From: Azolla caroliniana
Lineage: Eukaryota; Plantae; Polypodiophyta
Direction: 5' to 3'
DNA: 64,000 bases
Assembly: GCA_043228905.1 (NCBI GenBank)
Contig: JBHGNT010000005.1
Span: 11,966,001 to 12,030,000, forward strand
Part shown: positions 1 to 12,267 of the stretch, piece by piece
How the letters are laid out: each line of letters starts with the position of its first letter
How positions within the stretch are numbered: position 1 is the first letter of the stretch
Program-made: the position numbers and the translations under genes
Notes under the pieces: generated by a model
Database searches by the model: none
What the model saw: only the letters and a program-made list of their open reading frames with translations
Told to the model about the DNA's origin: nothing

Positions 1-858
1 CTTCACGTTCCGCGGTGGAGTAATTCCTTTCCGCTGTCGAGAGACATCTATTAGCGTTGTAAACGGGGTGATACCAATTCGAGGGAGTTTTCTACATTAA
101 AGCGTTGCCAATGGCGATGTCGAATGCATCTACGAATACTTGAAAGGGTTGTGCCCAATCTGAAGGTTGCACCACTGGAGCTTGGGAAATCATGACTTTG
201 AGTGATTGATAGGCCTGGTCTTCCCGTTCCGTCCACTGAAAGGGAATCGCGTGGACTGCTACATGTAAGGGGGGTCGCGAAATCGGTGAGTTATTGGAGC
301 ATACGCCTATGCCATCGTATTTGACCTAAAAATTTGCTAAGTGCTTTGGTCGTGGCTGGGGCCAGGGCATTCAAGATGGCTTGGACTTTGTCAGGATCCA
401 TGGCAATGTCATCCCGACTTACAATGTGGCTGAGTAAAGCACCACTTGTAACGTGGAAAGCGCATTTTGCCGGATTTAGGTTGAGTCGTGCCTGCCGACA
501 TCTTTCAAGGCACAATCGTAAATGCGCAAGGTGCTCCAATTGCTGCCCATACACCGCGAATCATCAAGGAAGACTTGCATGAAGGCTGGAATGAAGTCCT
601 CGAAGATTTCGAAGATGATTCGTTGAAACGTGGCGGGTGCCGTTTTTTATCCAAACATCATGACTACGGCTACGAACACACCCCATTCCGTTACGAATGT
701 TTTCTTTTCTTGATCGTCCGGGTGCATACGGATCTGATTGTAACCACTTAAGCCGTCTAAAAAACTATAGCGGTCATGGCTGGCAACCGTATCGAGGATG
801 TTGTCGGTGAACGGGAGTGGAAACGCATCCATAATCGTGGCTGCGCTGAGCTTTCGGT

Positions 859-1346
859 TGTTGTACGTTTTAGGGTTAAGGATGACAATTATGATAGCAT
901 GATGAAAATGATGAAGATAGACATGGCGTAATGGTGGAGATGATGAATGGTATGATGGTGAGAGAGAACATGAAGAACAAGACAAACATTGAGGGGTGGG
1001 GGGTGGTGCCTAGAATGGCTCCACCCCCTCCCAAGGGGGTTCAACGTAAGGAGGAGAGAGAGAGAAAGAGAAAGAGAAATGACAAGAGAGAGATTGAGAG
1101 AAATGTTCCTTGTATTCATTCATTCCCCATAAGGGGTTAAATAGGTACAACGGGGTAGATCCACAAGGGTGCAAGCCCCCTTGGCATTCACACCTAGTCA
1201 CTCACTGCCACGTCTTTGTATCTACCACACTCACACTTACATTCACACTCATAATCGTATAAAATCACACATACATAACCACACATTACATCTTTCACCC
1301 TCACTTATCACACTTATCAATCACCCGTACATCTCTTACGGTAACA
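859..1346. mobile_element. Solo LTR (488 bp) inserted in the gypsy RT
   Basis: TGTTG...TAACA termini and a perfect 5-bp TSD TCGGT (854-858 and 1347-1351). Removing it restores VCVDYR-KLSAAT. Confidence 0.9.
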
Positions 1347-4300
1347 TCGGTAATCCACGCATACCCGGATTTGTCCGTTCTTTTTTGGTACGACCACAAT
1401 GGGACTTAACCATGTGGCTCTTTTGACCGGCCGGATGAACTCGACATAGAGAAGTTTATCTATCTCTTCTTTCACTTTGGCCCCGTAGTTGGGATTCATT
1501 CGGTAACGGCGTTGCTGGATTGGCCGTGCATCCTTCTGGAGGTGAATCTGATGTTGGTAGTATTGATGGTCCAGGCCCTTCATATCACTATACGCCCATG
1601 CGAACACGTCCTGATATTCCGTGAGCAATCCAAGTAGGGTTGATCAGTCGTTGATTGCCAGATCCTTGACAATTTTTACTGGTCGTGGCTCAGAAGGGGA
1701 GCCGAGATTAACCTCTTCGAAGGTGGAGGCATTTACTCTATGCGAGATTGCTAATTCGTAGTCAAGTGCGTCACGGGTCTGTTGTAGTTCTTTGACTGAA
1801 TCCTAGTTAGGCTCATGGGGAGCTTCATGGTTTATTGTTTTGGCTAAGTATGGTTCTATGGCTGAAAGAACGTCGATTTCGAAGAGCGGGACGATCGTGG
1901 AATGCTCGTCCAGAAAAGTGTTTATTTTGTCATCTGCTAGTCCATCTAGCATGCGGACTCCCCCCTCATATAGCGGGTTGTTGTTAGAAGGAGTTGAAGT
2001 ACGTGCTTCCATGATGATGCGTACTTTGGCTTTTCCTCGTCGAAATGAAATCATATTGTGCTAGTAATGTTGCTTGATGTTGGCCGTTCGTAGCCACGGT
2101 CTTCCCAACAGGAATGGGTAAGCGCCCGGCGCATCGAGGCGTAAGGCAACTACGAACACGATGAAGGTATGTCCTCCCAAAATAAATTACAGGTTGCGTA
2201 GAAACCCTATCGGCCGCACCGATCTCGTATGTTCCATTCGTAACCAAAATGGACACAGCTCTCATTGAGTGATGTCAATCGTGTTGCATGTGGCTTCGCT
2301 AATGACATTTACACCTTACTTGCCATCGATAATGCATCCATGAATTTCATGACCACGGATGATGAGTTGTACTGCCGGAAGGGGAGGCTCTGGTGCCGGG
2401 GCCGTGAGATTAACAGAGGGGTGAGTCGGATCCAGACCGTTTGTGAGGGAATGAACCATCCTCTTGAAGCGTGGCAGCAGACAATTTGTGCAGCAGCATG
2501 GATATCGGGGAATCTGCGAGCGCCTGCCAAATTGGGTCAGGATTAGTGTGATCCGAAGTGTTGGATCGGGGTAGATCCAGGTTTGTGGTTTGCGTTTGGC
2601 GGGGGTTTCATTTCTTTGTTTCTACTATTTCTGCTTGCATCCGGTCGATGTTGGCGTTATTGGCTGCATCGACCCAGTCCTTAGCGTGTTGTCAAACTGA
2701 GTCCTAGATATCCCACTAGGATTGCTGGGTCTTGCTGTGTGTAGTCACCTGTTGCACATCAACCGTAATCATATTTACGGCCGGTGCTTTTCCCCAAGTG
2801 TTGGTGGGGCACTGGTTGGCGTAGTGGCCGGATTGGTTACAATTGAAGCATGTGATGGTTGTCAAGGTATTGGGTTCTCCAAGCTCGAATTGGGGTTGTG
2901 CTAGGTTGTGTGGTGAGTCTTCCCGCCCCTACTGAGGATATGCCTATGGAGGGTTGCCCCAAGACTCGATTTGTGGGGTTTGCCAATTATCAGTGCGTTG
3001 ATTATCGCGGCGACAATTGTCAAAGTGACGTCGGTTCCCTGAAGCTTGGAAACCACAATTATTCCGCTGATCATACCGTGAATGCCGAGGTGCAACATAG
3101 TTGTTGCAGTCGTAATTCCTGGAGAAATGGTGGTGGTCCTGATGACAATGGCAACGATCATTCATGTGGTGTGATTGATTTGGGTAGCAAGCGGGCTCCA
3201 ACCGATACTAGTTATCCCTATGGTAACAGTCCGGTTTGGAATTGCCCCCCTTGTTGCAGTGGGGCATGTCGTCTTCCCATGGCCTTGTCAGCTCTCTATT
3301 CCGTGGAGGTGGTTGCTCATGAGGTTGCGTGTGGTTGGTGCGGGGCTCAATTTGGTGGACTGGGGCCGTGTTTGTTTGGTTCAACATGTTGTATTCACAT
3401 TGCTCCACCATATGGACCCTTGAATGGCAGATGGGGCAGTGTGGTCGTGAAGGACAGTCAAGAGCGGCGTGGCCAGATTGCAGCGCTTGCCGGAACTGAG
3501 TTTCCTCGATCATTGGCAAGGCAGTTTGAAGTGTGCCCATAGCGAATGAATTATTATAATGTGCCCTATCCAACGCAAGGACGCGGGCGACCACTTGCTA
3601 GATGGTATGCTGAGAAAAATCCGTAAGAGCCAACATCGTGCGTAGAGGCTCACGGAGGCCTGCCAAAAACGTATCTTTCAAATGATTCACAGATACATCC
3701 TATGCGAGTTGGCGGTACAGGTCTTGAAAGCGGCGAACAAACTGGGACACGGTTTCGGTAGGCCCCTGGCCGATCGTATAAAATTGACGAAGCAATTCCC
3801 ACTTCAGGATCTCTTGGTGGAATAATTCCAGAAACTAGGTGCGGACATCCTGGAACGTTGTAAACTCCCCAGGAACATGCCGGGAATACCACTGTGCAGT
3901 GGGGCCGTCAAGGGAGAGAGTGAATTCGGCAATTTTGGAGGCATCGACCTCCTTGGCGGTGAGTCGTTGTGTCGAATGGTTGGCGTGCCATGTGTTGAGA
4001 AAGGAACGGATGTGCATGTCCGCGTCTGGGCCATCCGTGTAGTGGGCATAGGGGTGGTATGGCATTGTGTCAAGCTTTGGATCTTCCGGTAGGGCCGACA
4101 AAGGGTTGACCTCCGGTTGTGGTGAGACTTCTAGAGGACTTGGAGGGGTAGCGAGGTCAAGACCAATCTACGACTGTGTGTCTGGGATTATCGATGGCGA
4201 AGATTGCAATTCCAGGGATGAGTGTTGTGTGAGCACGGAATCGGTCGTGTCCTCGACGGGCTCAGTGCAGCGGGGCGGTGGCCAAGAGCAAGTAACTCTG

Positions 4301-4380
4301 TTTGGCGTCGTAATGACGACTGGGATTGACCACCAACGTGAGTTCGATGTGCTGCACATCGTGAACCAGGCGTGCCAAAT

Positions 4381-4926
4381 TGTGTTTCCTTCCTTCCCGG
4401 AGGCGACACCTTCGATTTCCTAACCAAAATCGAACCAAGAGTTGTGGTACATGTTGGTCAGGGTGATACTGGAAAAAACAGGATTTCAATTACATTATGT
4501 AAGGGAGGTCTCTTCCTAGAGAATATTTCACCACATCAATTGCATAAGGGACAACAATCACATAATACCAACACAAGAAATAGACCCAAAACTATATGTG
4601 TTACGAGTATGGAATGAATACAGTTACACCACCCACGGCCGGAATTAATAGCAAAGTAATAGTATGACTTAGACCCTCAGAATCCCGTAATCACGGGTTA
4701 TAGTTCCCATCTTCCCTTTGCTCCTCCCTATCTCGTTCTCCTGCTCTTCTTTTTATAGCTTTTCCTTTCCTCTTTGCTTCGGCGCGCTTTGCTCCTTCCC
4801 GTACTTGGTTGCACATACTATGGTTGTCTTCATTCCTTACGGTTGTTCGTAATTACGGTTGTTCACCTACTTTGACCTACTTTCTATTACATTTCTTAGA
4901 ATTACAATTTTGGCCCATGGACAACA
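4381..4926 (-). repeat. 5' LTR of the Tat/Athila-like gypsy element
   Basis: TG...CA ends, internal TATA box, immediately followed (minus sense) by PBS TGGCACGCC. The inner boundary is uncertain by about 2 bp. Confidence 0.65.
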
Positions 4927-6510
4927 GATCCTATACGTCGATGGCATGTTGATTGCAAGGAGCAATCAAGCCGAAATCGAAAAGCTAAAACGGAGCCTTC
5001 ACGAAAAGTTCACAATGAAGGAACTCAGACAAGCCTGACACATATTGGGCATGAGGATCACGCAAAATCAGACAACGAAAACTCTCGGTCTCATCTAGTC
5101 TGACTACATCCGAAAGGTATTGAGGCACTCCAATATGGAGAATGTGAAGCCAACACCAACACCGCTTCCGACGTCGATCCGACTATCGGACAGAGACTCT
5201 CCTTTGATGGATAAGGAGAGAGACCTCAATGGAAAGATACCCTACGCATCGGTCGTAGGAAGTTTCATGTATATGTCATAGGGGTCGTCATCCGGTACAT
5301 GTCAAACCCAGGATGGAAGCATTGGGAGGTCTTCAAGCACATCTTCAGGTACCTAAGAGGGACCGAAGATGCACAGCTGACTTTTGAATCGATAAACCCG
5401 ACCAAAGCCGAAGGCTACACCGATTCCTACTACGCCGGGAATTCAGACAATCGGAAGTCGACATCAAGCTACATCTTCACCTATGGTAGCGGTGCCATAT
5501 CATGGAGTCAAAACTTCAATAGTGCACGGCCTTGTCAACCATAGAGACCGAGTACATAGCATCATCGGAGGCAGAGAAGGAAGCAATCTGGGTGCACTAA
5601 CTGACTACTGACTTCTCGGCAACAAACCGAATCGACTGACTAGCGCCAACCATCTACTGTGATTCACAGAGTGCAATACACCTCATCAATAATCCTGTCT
5701 ATCATGCAAAGACAAATCATATTGAGGTGTGGCATCATCACATCCGAGAGCTAGTAACAAAGAAGAAGCTCAAAGTCCGGAAGATTGACACCGAGGTGAA
5801 CATCTTCAATTGCCTGACGTAGCCACTCCCAGAACATCGCTTAAAAGCACTAAGGACGAAGATGGGACTACGACAAGTGAGCGAGCAGAAAAGTGCCAAA
5901 CGAGCCAACAAGGCAAAGTCAAAAGAATCGGAATACCCAGTGGTTGAGGACACCGACTACAAAGGAAACGATCAAAGATAGAACGAACTTGAAGACAGAT
6001 CGAGGATCCAAGGAGGAGCATAGGAGCAAACGCTAGTGGGAGGTAGGAGAACACGTTGAATCGGACACCGTCCAACTCGAACCAGTCGTTCCAACCGATT
6101 CAAACAAGTCGACCCAGATGACTAGCCAAATCAGGCTAGATACCAACTTTAACTCTACTGATTGACTTGTAACTATAACCTTAGGTTAAATTGTAATCTA
6201 GGCTTACGGGGGAGATAATCCCTTACTATTGTACGTAGAAAGAGTAGTCCTTTTACAGGGGAGTTTGTTGGCATAAAAGGCCGACTCCTTCCACTTTGTA
6301 TCCTAAGTGTGAATGCATCCTTGAGCTAGGGCTTGAGTATATAAGGTCAACCACAACATTGTAACGATAACCTTCTTGTATCTTGAGTCTCTGAGAGTGT
6401 AAGAGTTACCAAATAATGAGAGATTCCATTAGAGCTTTGAACTGTATCTACGTTTCCATCTATTTCTTCTGTTATATTCTCTGTGTTGTTTGTTATACAT
6501 ATAATCAACA
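4927..6510 (+). mobile_element. 3' part of a degenerate Ty1/copia element (RT C-terminus, RNase H, PPT, 3' LTR 6266-6510), interrupted by the gypsy element
   Basis: ILYVDGMLIA at 4928, then YTDSYYAGNSDNRKSTSSYIF, IYCDSQSAIHL and HAKTNHIEVWHH. PPT ACAGGGGAGTT is followed by an LTR TGTTG...CAACA. Confidence 0.85.
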
Positions 6511-6554
6511 GGTCCTCACATACTTGTGCATACTTATAGGACGTTATACCCAAT

Positions 6555-7296
6555 AATGTGTATGTATGTATGTGTGTATCGCATGTGTGTACATATGTAT
6601 GTGTTATATGTGTGTATATGTTCTATACCTCTGTGTGTGTGTGTGTGTTCTATATTTCTACATATGTATGTACTATGTATTATGCATTGTATATATATCA
6701 TGTGTCTATGTATGTATGTGTTATGTGTGTGTATTTTCTATTGATGTACATATGTATGTATTGTCTTGCATGTGTATATATGTATGTGTGTGTGTACATA
6801 TTGTATTGTATTGTATTGCATGTGTTGAATGTATTATATGTATGGCATGCGTGTGTGTATGTTCTTTACATGTGCATATGTATATATTGAATGTATTATA
6901 TGTATGGCACGTGTGTATGTGTATATGTGTCATGTGTGTGTATTCATGCATACAATACAATATATACATATACACACCACATACATATATACAGATATGC
7001 ATGTATGTACGTATGTACGTATGTACATGTATGGATGTAAGTTGGTAACATCTATACATGTATCATTGTAGGCATGTGTACGTATATACGTGTAGCAATG
7101 TATGAATGAATATATGTATGTCCATGTACGAATGCACATATGTGTATATATGTAATATGTAATGTATTTATGTATGTATATTTCCGGTGTATTTTCGTGT
7201 TTGTATGTGTATGGCTCATATATGGATGTATGCTTGCAATATGCACATAATATGCATGCATATATCCGATGGATGTGTAAGTATATGTATATCTAA

Positions 7297-7360
<64 letters not shown>
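6555..7360. repeat. Compound (TATG/TG/TA)n low-complexity microsatellite, ending in a pure (TG)n tract at about 7299-7358
   Basis: Directly visible; it generates spurious Y/V/C/M-rich ORFs. Confidence 0.9.
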
Positions 7361-7439
7361 TTGTAATTTGTATAACCCCATATGACCTATATATTGAAAG
7401 AAAGATATATTAACATCTTCTAAGACCAAAAGTGGCCCA

Positions 7440-9729
7440 CGAGACAATTGGTTTACAACAAAAATGGGGTATTTACCCATTCAAATAAAAATAAAATAGA
7501 ACTTAAGCTAAAGAGTTCTAGTTTAAAAAAACATGTTCTATAAGGAAATGTCTTTATACTAGGCATAGTTTCATTTCCATCCAAGTCTCTCAAAAAGAAG
7601 GGGAGGTCAAAGGGTTTCGATGTGGATGTGGCCCGTGATCCCAATGTAAGAGGTACCCCCAACCATAGCTTCTAGGTGGCGTAGCTCACGTTCCCTTATC
7701 TTCTTAATTATTTCTACTCCACGTTGAGTTGATTTGAGGCCCGACATCTGAGGGCGTTTGTGTTGAGAACTGTGGCCGTCAATGCGGAAACATCAACAGC
7801 ACTTTGATATGATGATCGCCGAGTACACAAGTCGAAGACAAGATCAGAGATGTGAATCTTTGAGAGAGAGAGAGAGAGGGAGAGAGGGAGAGAGACAAAG
7901 AGGCACGCAATGTAACAGTTTATTCATAATAGTTACAATACAATAGAGGCAACGACTCTCTCACAATAGCAGCAACAACAAACTAGGTTATAGAGCCCAT
8001 TATATACTAATTGGGCTAGGGTAACTGCCCTTTGACATATTTATAGAATTGTTCTAAATCTAGTTTGTTCAATGTACAATGTGAATACGGCCATTATAGA
8101 CCAGTATTCGACAGCTTGGTTGTTCCTTGCATTTCTGCTTCATCAAGAGAGAGGTCGAGTGGTGTAGGTGTATCCACATTCATCGTCTCCCCTTGTTCCT
8201 GAAAAATTACATTAGTTACATGTACATGTTCGTGAATATTAAAATGGTTATGGTTAAAACTTTGTATTTTATTCTCCCTATGTTGTTTTAGCTCTAAGAT
8301 ATGCCTACCTGGTCTCTTTATATCGGGGTATGTAATAGTTTGGAGAGGGTGGGAGAGGATCCTAGTATGTCTTAGTATTTCGCCTTTATCTCGGCATAAG
8401 TTCGACACTTGCATGTAAAGTGATACTCGTCCTCTATCTCTATGTGACATAACCTACATAGCCTTTCCTCTCTAGGGACTCTATTAGCATGACCATTCTC
8501 AATCTCAAGTTGTTGAGATGATATCCTAAGTTGTCCAATGGCCACCTTTAGTGTATTTGATAAGAATGTATCTAGATATTTTGGTAGTGTAATAAAACCT
8601 AACTTAGAGAAGTGCATGAAGTGTTCCTTATAGTACGACATTTTAGATGGGCGTGACTCTCGTGGGGTGATCCATTTATATCCGGTGTAAATTTGCCATA
8701 TTTCTTGACATATTACTTTATTATGGTCCTCATGAGAGATTAATGTTTGATCAGTCCCATGGTTGTACTTAAGGGGAGGTAGGTTATTAATGTCTATGCC
8801 ATTTGCAAGTAACCAACTCACTATCGTGCTATACCAAGATCTAGTATCTCCGGATGCATATAGGGATCAGGATGCCTCGAAAGCTTGCCGAGTTATCCTA
8901 TGTTGTGGTTGGCTATGTATCCTATGAATAAAAACTACCAGTTGGAAAAGTGCTTCTACTAACATTGGGGGCAAACTGAACTCTACTCTAATAATGTCAT
9001 GTGGTACTGTCGATTTTCTTCGACGTTGACGTGATAACATCGTCACCAAAAGTCTCTCTAATTGTGTCCACATGGAAGATGGTAGACATGGAGCCCATAC
9101 TACTAATGCATACATGAGGGAAGGGGTCATTAATGAGTCAAAGAACCATCCCTTAGTCCGTGGTTCTTTAAAGTATGCCTTGTGGCAATGTCTCTCTAAG
9201 AGTGAGAGGGGTACATGCCCTCTTGTTAGCTTATCTTTGGTTGCTTGGGGCATCGAGAATTTACCTCAACGAGCACTAAAAGTGACTCCTAAATATACAT
9301 ATGATCGAAAACCTCAACTAGTTTATGAGAGAGGATTAGGTAACATTTACTCCTAATGCAAGACGATGTATGAAAGATAAGGACTTTAGTTTTCGCTAGA
9401 TTCACTACCAATCCTCGTTGTGTGCAAAAGTCATCTAGGGCATTAAGGTGCTTTTGTAGGTCGTGTTCAGACTTCGCGAGCAAAACTGTGTCATCCGCGT
9501 AAAGTAAGAGACTAATTTGTGTACCCCCAATGGCTACTATGTTGCCTCCCTTACGAGCAATAAAATCAGTGATCTCATCAATGTAGATCCCAAAAAGAGT
9601 CTGTTGGTGAAGCAATCGGATAGGCCACCTGGGCATCTTACGCACCCAGGGACTTGCTCATATAGGGCATAGATGGCCCAGATCATGTCATTTGGTATCC
9701 CCAAGCTTTTATGCCTATCAAACAACTGT
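7440..9729 (-). mobile_element. 5'-truncated degenerate non-LTR retrotransposon ORF2 (RT plus C-terminal CCHC), RTE/RTEX-like
   Basis: PRQQLFDR..LGIP, TLFGIYIDE, LLLYADDTVLL, LVVNLAKTKVL, and QLRISSQQLEIENG..REERLCRLC..EDEYHFTCKC. The 3' boundary is approximate. Confidence 0.8.
7761..8113. mobile_element. Solo LTR (353 bp) inside the LINE 3' region
   Basis: TGTTG...CGACA termini; 5-bp TSD GTTTG / GCTTG with one transition mismatch. Confidence 0.7.
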
Positions 9730-10559
9730 TGTCGTGGAAATCCGTGCGTGCTTGTTAGATAGGACGGGACCACGGGGGTCTTGGACTAGGGAGTAAGAGG
9801 AGGGAGAGAAGCTTGGGAGTTCAACCAAGAAGGAAGAGAAAGATTAAGATTCAAGAGATTAAGATCTAAACAAGACAAGATACATTATGGAAAGCACCAC
9901 ACCAATTACAACCATGGTTGTGTAGGCCGAATGTAAACCCTCTAGATGAAACCCTAACCGGATAGGGGAAAAGAAGAAGAAGATGAATGAAACCCCTAAA
10001 ATGAGATCCTAAAACCCAGAATTCCGAAACCCTAATGGTAACCCAAAGAAACCCAAAAAGTGGAAGCCCCTCAAAAATGGCCCCTCACTCCCTTTTATAG
10101 TAGTAAGGGGTGAGGCACATTACATAAAGAAGAGGTCAATCCCCCCTTCTTTCAATGGGGGAATATTTGGCCTTGATCTTAGGAGGAGAGATTGATAGAG
10201 CCTTAACTCCCTCTCCTCACACACACATTGTGCCCACTACTCACTACACCCGTACTTCATGTACTCTCCCTTTAGTCTACATGTGCATGTGCACATAAGT
10301 GCACATCACATTTACACTTTATGAATCTTCGTAGTGCACTTTTAACACCTTACATTTACCCTTCCTTTTTTACATTTGTTTCTTTTACAAATCTTCCAAG
10401 TGCATGTGCAATGTTGCACATCCCCATTTTATCCATCCCACTTGGTTTTCTCACCATGGCCGAAAATCCTCACGACATCCACCCCCACCAAACCGCACAT
10501 CCATCGGTATGTGCCAAGAAAGGGAAAGAGGTGAGAGTTTTGGCAATGGTGATTAACCG
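9730..10559 (-). mobile_element. 3' end of a gypsy element: pol tail, PPT (10478-10489) and 748-bp 3' LTR (9730-10477)
   Basis: LTR termini TGTCGTG...CACGACA. Minus-strand PPT GGTGGGGGTGGA directly precedes the LTR. The same PPT context recurs at 54132. Confidence 0.75.
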
Positions 10560-12178
10560 TTGGGCAAAGTTCCTATCCATGAAGCAAGAATTAGCTCCGG
10601 AATCTAGGAGTGCTAAGACATGTACTGGAGGGGTACTTTTAGTACGAACGGTTACTTGAGCTAACAACACATTGCTAACTTGCTTAGAGGGAATGGAACC
10701 ACTAATGGGATGCATAGATCCAGGGTTGTCCAACCAAACGGCTCCTATTTTGGTTGGACTTAATCGTTTAACTCTTCTTCTAACTGACTAAGGACATCAA
10801 ATTTGTTCGATAGATTTAGGCTACTATTAGGACTATCATATATTCCTACTTAAATAGAATCAGGTTTAGTACAATTAGAACTAGCAACTATTTGGTTTAC
10901 TTGTCTTCTTGGCCTAGGGGGATAGTTCACTGCAATATGCCATGGTCCACCACAATAAAGACATAGTCGATTTGCTCGGCATCACTGCTTTTCCTCTTCT
11001 GATAATGGTCCGCGACGACGTGTAGTGTCAATTTCCATCGGAGTTGGACTATTCACTAGAGACGCATTATATGACTCCCTTGGAAAAGGTTCTGCTACCA
11101 CTAAGGCGTAGGTGGGCTCTAATCTTGCCCTTGGCATCTAGAACTAACGTTCCAAACGTCGTTCGAAAAGGTGGTTGTCGCATCTCACCACGAGACTGAT
11201 TGCTTCTGTCAATGACTTTGGTTCTTCGGGGAAGGTCAAGAGTAAATCCTTGACATCATTACGTAGACCATAACGAAATTGCTCCATTAATGCTTGGTCA
11301 TTCCAGGGGATATCAAAGGCGAGTAGACGGAAATGTGCAACGTATGTGGAGGTTGGGCGATCACCTTGACATAATCGTTGGCTTTTGTTGATTGTTGTCC
11401 TTATGTTGTCAGTATCTCCAAAACAGGCCTTAAACTCTTCAAAATTGTTTAGTAATGGAGATTCCTTTTCTAAAAACGGAGCGAACCATGCCAAAGTTGA
11501 GCCACTTACAACGTTCCTACTAAACCCACTCATGATGCATCGGTGGGATATCGGGAAGGATGCATTTGAATGACTAATCGTACCTAATTAAGGAATCCTC
11601 TAAATTGTGATTGTGTTCCATCGAATTTCATGGGAAGGTCGATCTTGGTTTCTTTATGAAGTCCTTGCGTACTGGGTCATTGTTGTTGCATCGCTACAAT
11701 GGTTGCTTCGAGTTGTTGCACGTGTAATGCTAGTTCCCCATGTTGTTGTTGTGTCTGCTGCTTTTCTAAGGAGATTTGTTGAAGATCCCCCAACAACCGT
11801 TGATTTTCTTGTTCCAAAGCACGAAACTTCTCTTTCAAGCATTGTAACTCTGAGAAAACGGATTGATATTCTTGAGCACTAACAATGGCCATAGGATGAG
11901 AGGAAAGAGGAATAAGAGATTAGTATGAAGGGAGGGAGACGTAAGAAGATAAAAGGAAGAGAAGAGGACAAAATCGGTTCAAACTGTCAGGAATAGTACT
12001 GAGACAGAGAGGAAATTAGTACTAAGAGATGAATATTAGTACTAAGAGGAAAAGAGGGTGTAGAACACTCGAGAGAAGGAGAGAGAGAGAATGATTATAA
12101 CAGTGATATATTATGTGAAAAGAATATACAATGATGGCTAGGAGGCTTAAGACTGGCATTAAACCAATTTGGTTCGAA
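10560..12178 (-). mobile_element. Inverted partial copy of the Tcn1-like chromovirus: R-U5 (11985-12178), PBS, gag and start of protease
   Basis: Paralogous to 12172-13610: MAIVSAQEYQSVFSELQCLKEK, zinc knuckle, ALLDSGANSCFMDRNFAQ. LTR end TGTCAGG at 11985. Confidence 0.9.
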
Positions 12179-12267
12179 CCGATTTCTCTCTCCTTCCTTC
12201 TCTTCCTTTATCTTCTTACTTCTCCCTCCCTTCATACTAATCTCTTATTCCTCTTTTCTCTCATACT

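Larger units (their letters stand above)
1..4926 (-). mobile_element. Degenerate non-chromovirus Ty3/gypsy LTR retrotransposon (Tat/Athila-like): 5' LTR, gag, protease, RT; runs off the window start
   Basis: RT fragments WLSPIVVVPKKNGQIRVCVDYR / KLSAATIMDAFPLPF / YSFLDGLSGYNQIRM / LNLNPAKCAF at 291-1628. Gag fragments at 3600-4100. PBS TGGCACGCC on the minus strand at about 4369-4377. LTR about 4381-4926 begins TGTTGTCC on the minus strand with TATAAAA near 4755. Many stops and frameshifts. Confidence 0.85.

Noticed and set aside
2859-3542. 227-aa Cys/Gly-rich plus-strand ORF
   Set aside because: It is antisense to the low-complexity gag C-terminal region of the gypsy element.
6526-7480. Long ORFs rich in Y/V/C/M or H/T/I
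   Set aside because: These are translations of the TATG/TG microsatellite, not genes.
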